From: a virus
Virus record (IMG/VR): IMGVR_UViG_3300045911_000567
Coordinates: 1-64,000 of that record
Direction: 5' to 3' (one strand)
DNA: 64,000 bases
Of the stretch, positions 63,038 through 64,000 are shown piece after piece. The first letter of the stretch is position 1, and each line of letters starts with the position of its first letter. Under the pieces are notes generated by a model. The model was not told where the DNA came from and did no database searches. It was given only the letters and a program-made list of their open reading frames with translations. The translations under genes were made by a program, and so were the position numbers.

Positions 63038-64000
63038 TTATTTTTCTGAATACAAGAACACCAGATTGCCGCTATCATATAGGCGATAGTATCCATTCTT
63101 TTTCATATTTTCCTCTTCTGATAATAATGGATCATAGTTCTGTAGCTTGAATGTAAGTTTCTTCTTTTGGTATTGGTATCTACTAATAAGTTTTCCTCCA
63201 ACGAGATATTTGTAATTTGGTTGAGTTTTTCCTAATAATTTAAATCCCAATTTTTTATATAAATTTCCATCTGAATATGTTCTGTCTGCATAAGACACAA
63301 CGGTCGATGGCTGCCTTCTGATAAAGGTTTTAAACAACCTAGACGCTCCTGCAATGACTCTATATCCGCATTTCGTTGAGAATCTAGTCAACTCAAAATC
63401 GGCATCTTTATTCCACCTAGACTTAGAAAACGTCATTACTGCATAAATTTCTTCGCTATCATCTACCAGAGCATAAGCAAATCTATATCCAAGGGAACCA
63501 TATAGATGATTTTCGCGAAGAAAATTCTGTATTTTAAGAAAATCTAGGTCATCTCTGACTGTTAGGTTTCTTGCATAGATGGGTTTAGTTTTTCCTAATT
63601 TATTCAGGATCATTGATTTTATGATATGCTCTTTGCTGCGCCAGTCATGGTCAAAAATATGAATTAGTTGAATATTCTTGTTCTCACATAGTTCAGTCTT
63701 ATTCATATGCATAAATTTGCTTCTGAATTTTGTGGTATGATAATACACACCGTTACACTCTATTGCAAGATTCAAGTCAGGAAGATATATGTCCAATTCT
63801 TTTGGTGGTATTATATTGCGGGCATTTCTAAGGATTTTTCCGCTATAGTTATCGGCAATAAATTCAAATACTTCAACTTCGAATCCGTTCGTTCTTTCTA
63901 TTTTTTCTATACCGAAATAATTTTTCAGTTTGCTTCCTAACCAAGAATCCGATACTTCATATTCTCGTGCTATTCTACTGATCGATTTTCCATTTTTTAT
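63038..64000 (-). CDS. Hef-like homing endonuclease (PD-(D/E)xK plus GNAT-like domain), 5'-truncated
   Basis: Frame open to the window edge; ELDIYLP..LAIECNGVYYH..K..C..I.LIHIF; ELTRF..GASRL..SYADR..LY..LGF..P.Y..YDSG. Confidence 0.8.
   Translation of the reverse strand: MKNGKSISRIAREYEVSDSWLGSKLKNYFGIEKIERTNGFEVEVFEFIADNYSGKILRNARNIIPPKELDIYLPDLNLAIECNGVYYHTTKFRSKFMHMNKTELCENKNIQLIHIFDHDWRSKEHIIKSMILNKLGKTKPIYARNLTVRDDLDFLKIQNFLRENHLYGSLGYRFAYALVDDSEEIYAVMTFSKSRWNKDADFELTRFSTKCGYRVIAGASRLFKTFIRRQPSTVVSYADRTYSDGNLYKKLGFKLLGKTQPNYKYLVGGKLISRYQYQKKKLTFKLQNYDPLLSEEENMKKNGYYRLYDSGNLVFLYSEK

Noticed and set aside
1-64000. Stop-codon reassignment, as seen in some large phages
   Set aside because: Core genes (gp43, gp41, NrdJ, gp32) are full length under the standard code, and TAA, TAG and TGA all end genes at expected positions.

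Overview
This window is a 64-kb internal segment of a large, AT-rich T4-like myovirus. Its gene order resembles the divergent cyanophage/pelagiphage-type T4 relatives, and it uses the standard genetic code. It carries a baseplate/tail module (gp27-like, 53, 48, 4, 2, 54, 26, 51, and a tape-measure protein with a GH19 lytic domain). It also carries the T4 replisome and its regulators (gp32, 59, 33, ligase, RNase H, RuvC-like, gp61, 41, UvsX, 43, RegA, 62, 44, 45), nucleotide-metabolism genes (class II NrdJ, dUTPase, dNTP diphosphohydrolase, HAD nucleotidase), dispersed lysis genes, tRNA-Asn, a MoxR/VWA pair, a methyltransferase, ClpP and many hypotheticals. Four observations stand out. (1) A complete -1 frameshift signal (upstream AGGA, T_TTT_TTC, 5-nt spacer, long stem-loop) joins gp26 to an unannotated gp51 just ahead of the tape-measure gene, suggesting a lambda G/GT-like chaperone switch in a T4-like phage. 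(2) A set of late genes carries T4-type capsid-targeting N-termini and encodes enzymes (ligase-fold/Pol-beta NTase fusion, HxGH nucleotidyltransferase-ParB fusion, SprT protease, a second NTase, HAD phosphatase), suggesting an injected counter-defence kit. (3) A late-promoter-driven ~100-nt hairpin RNA candidate is present. (4) Several secreted, host-like proteins are encoded. All family calls come from motif recognition by eye; no searches were run.
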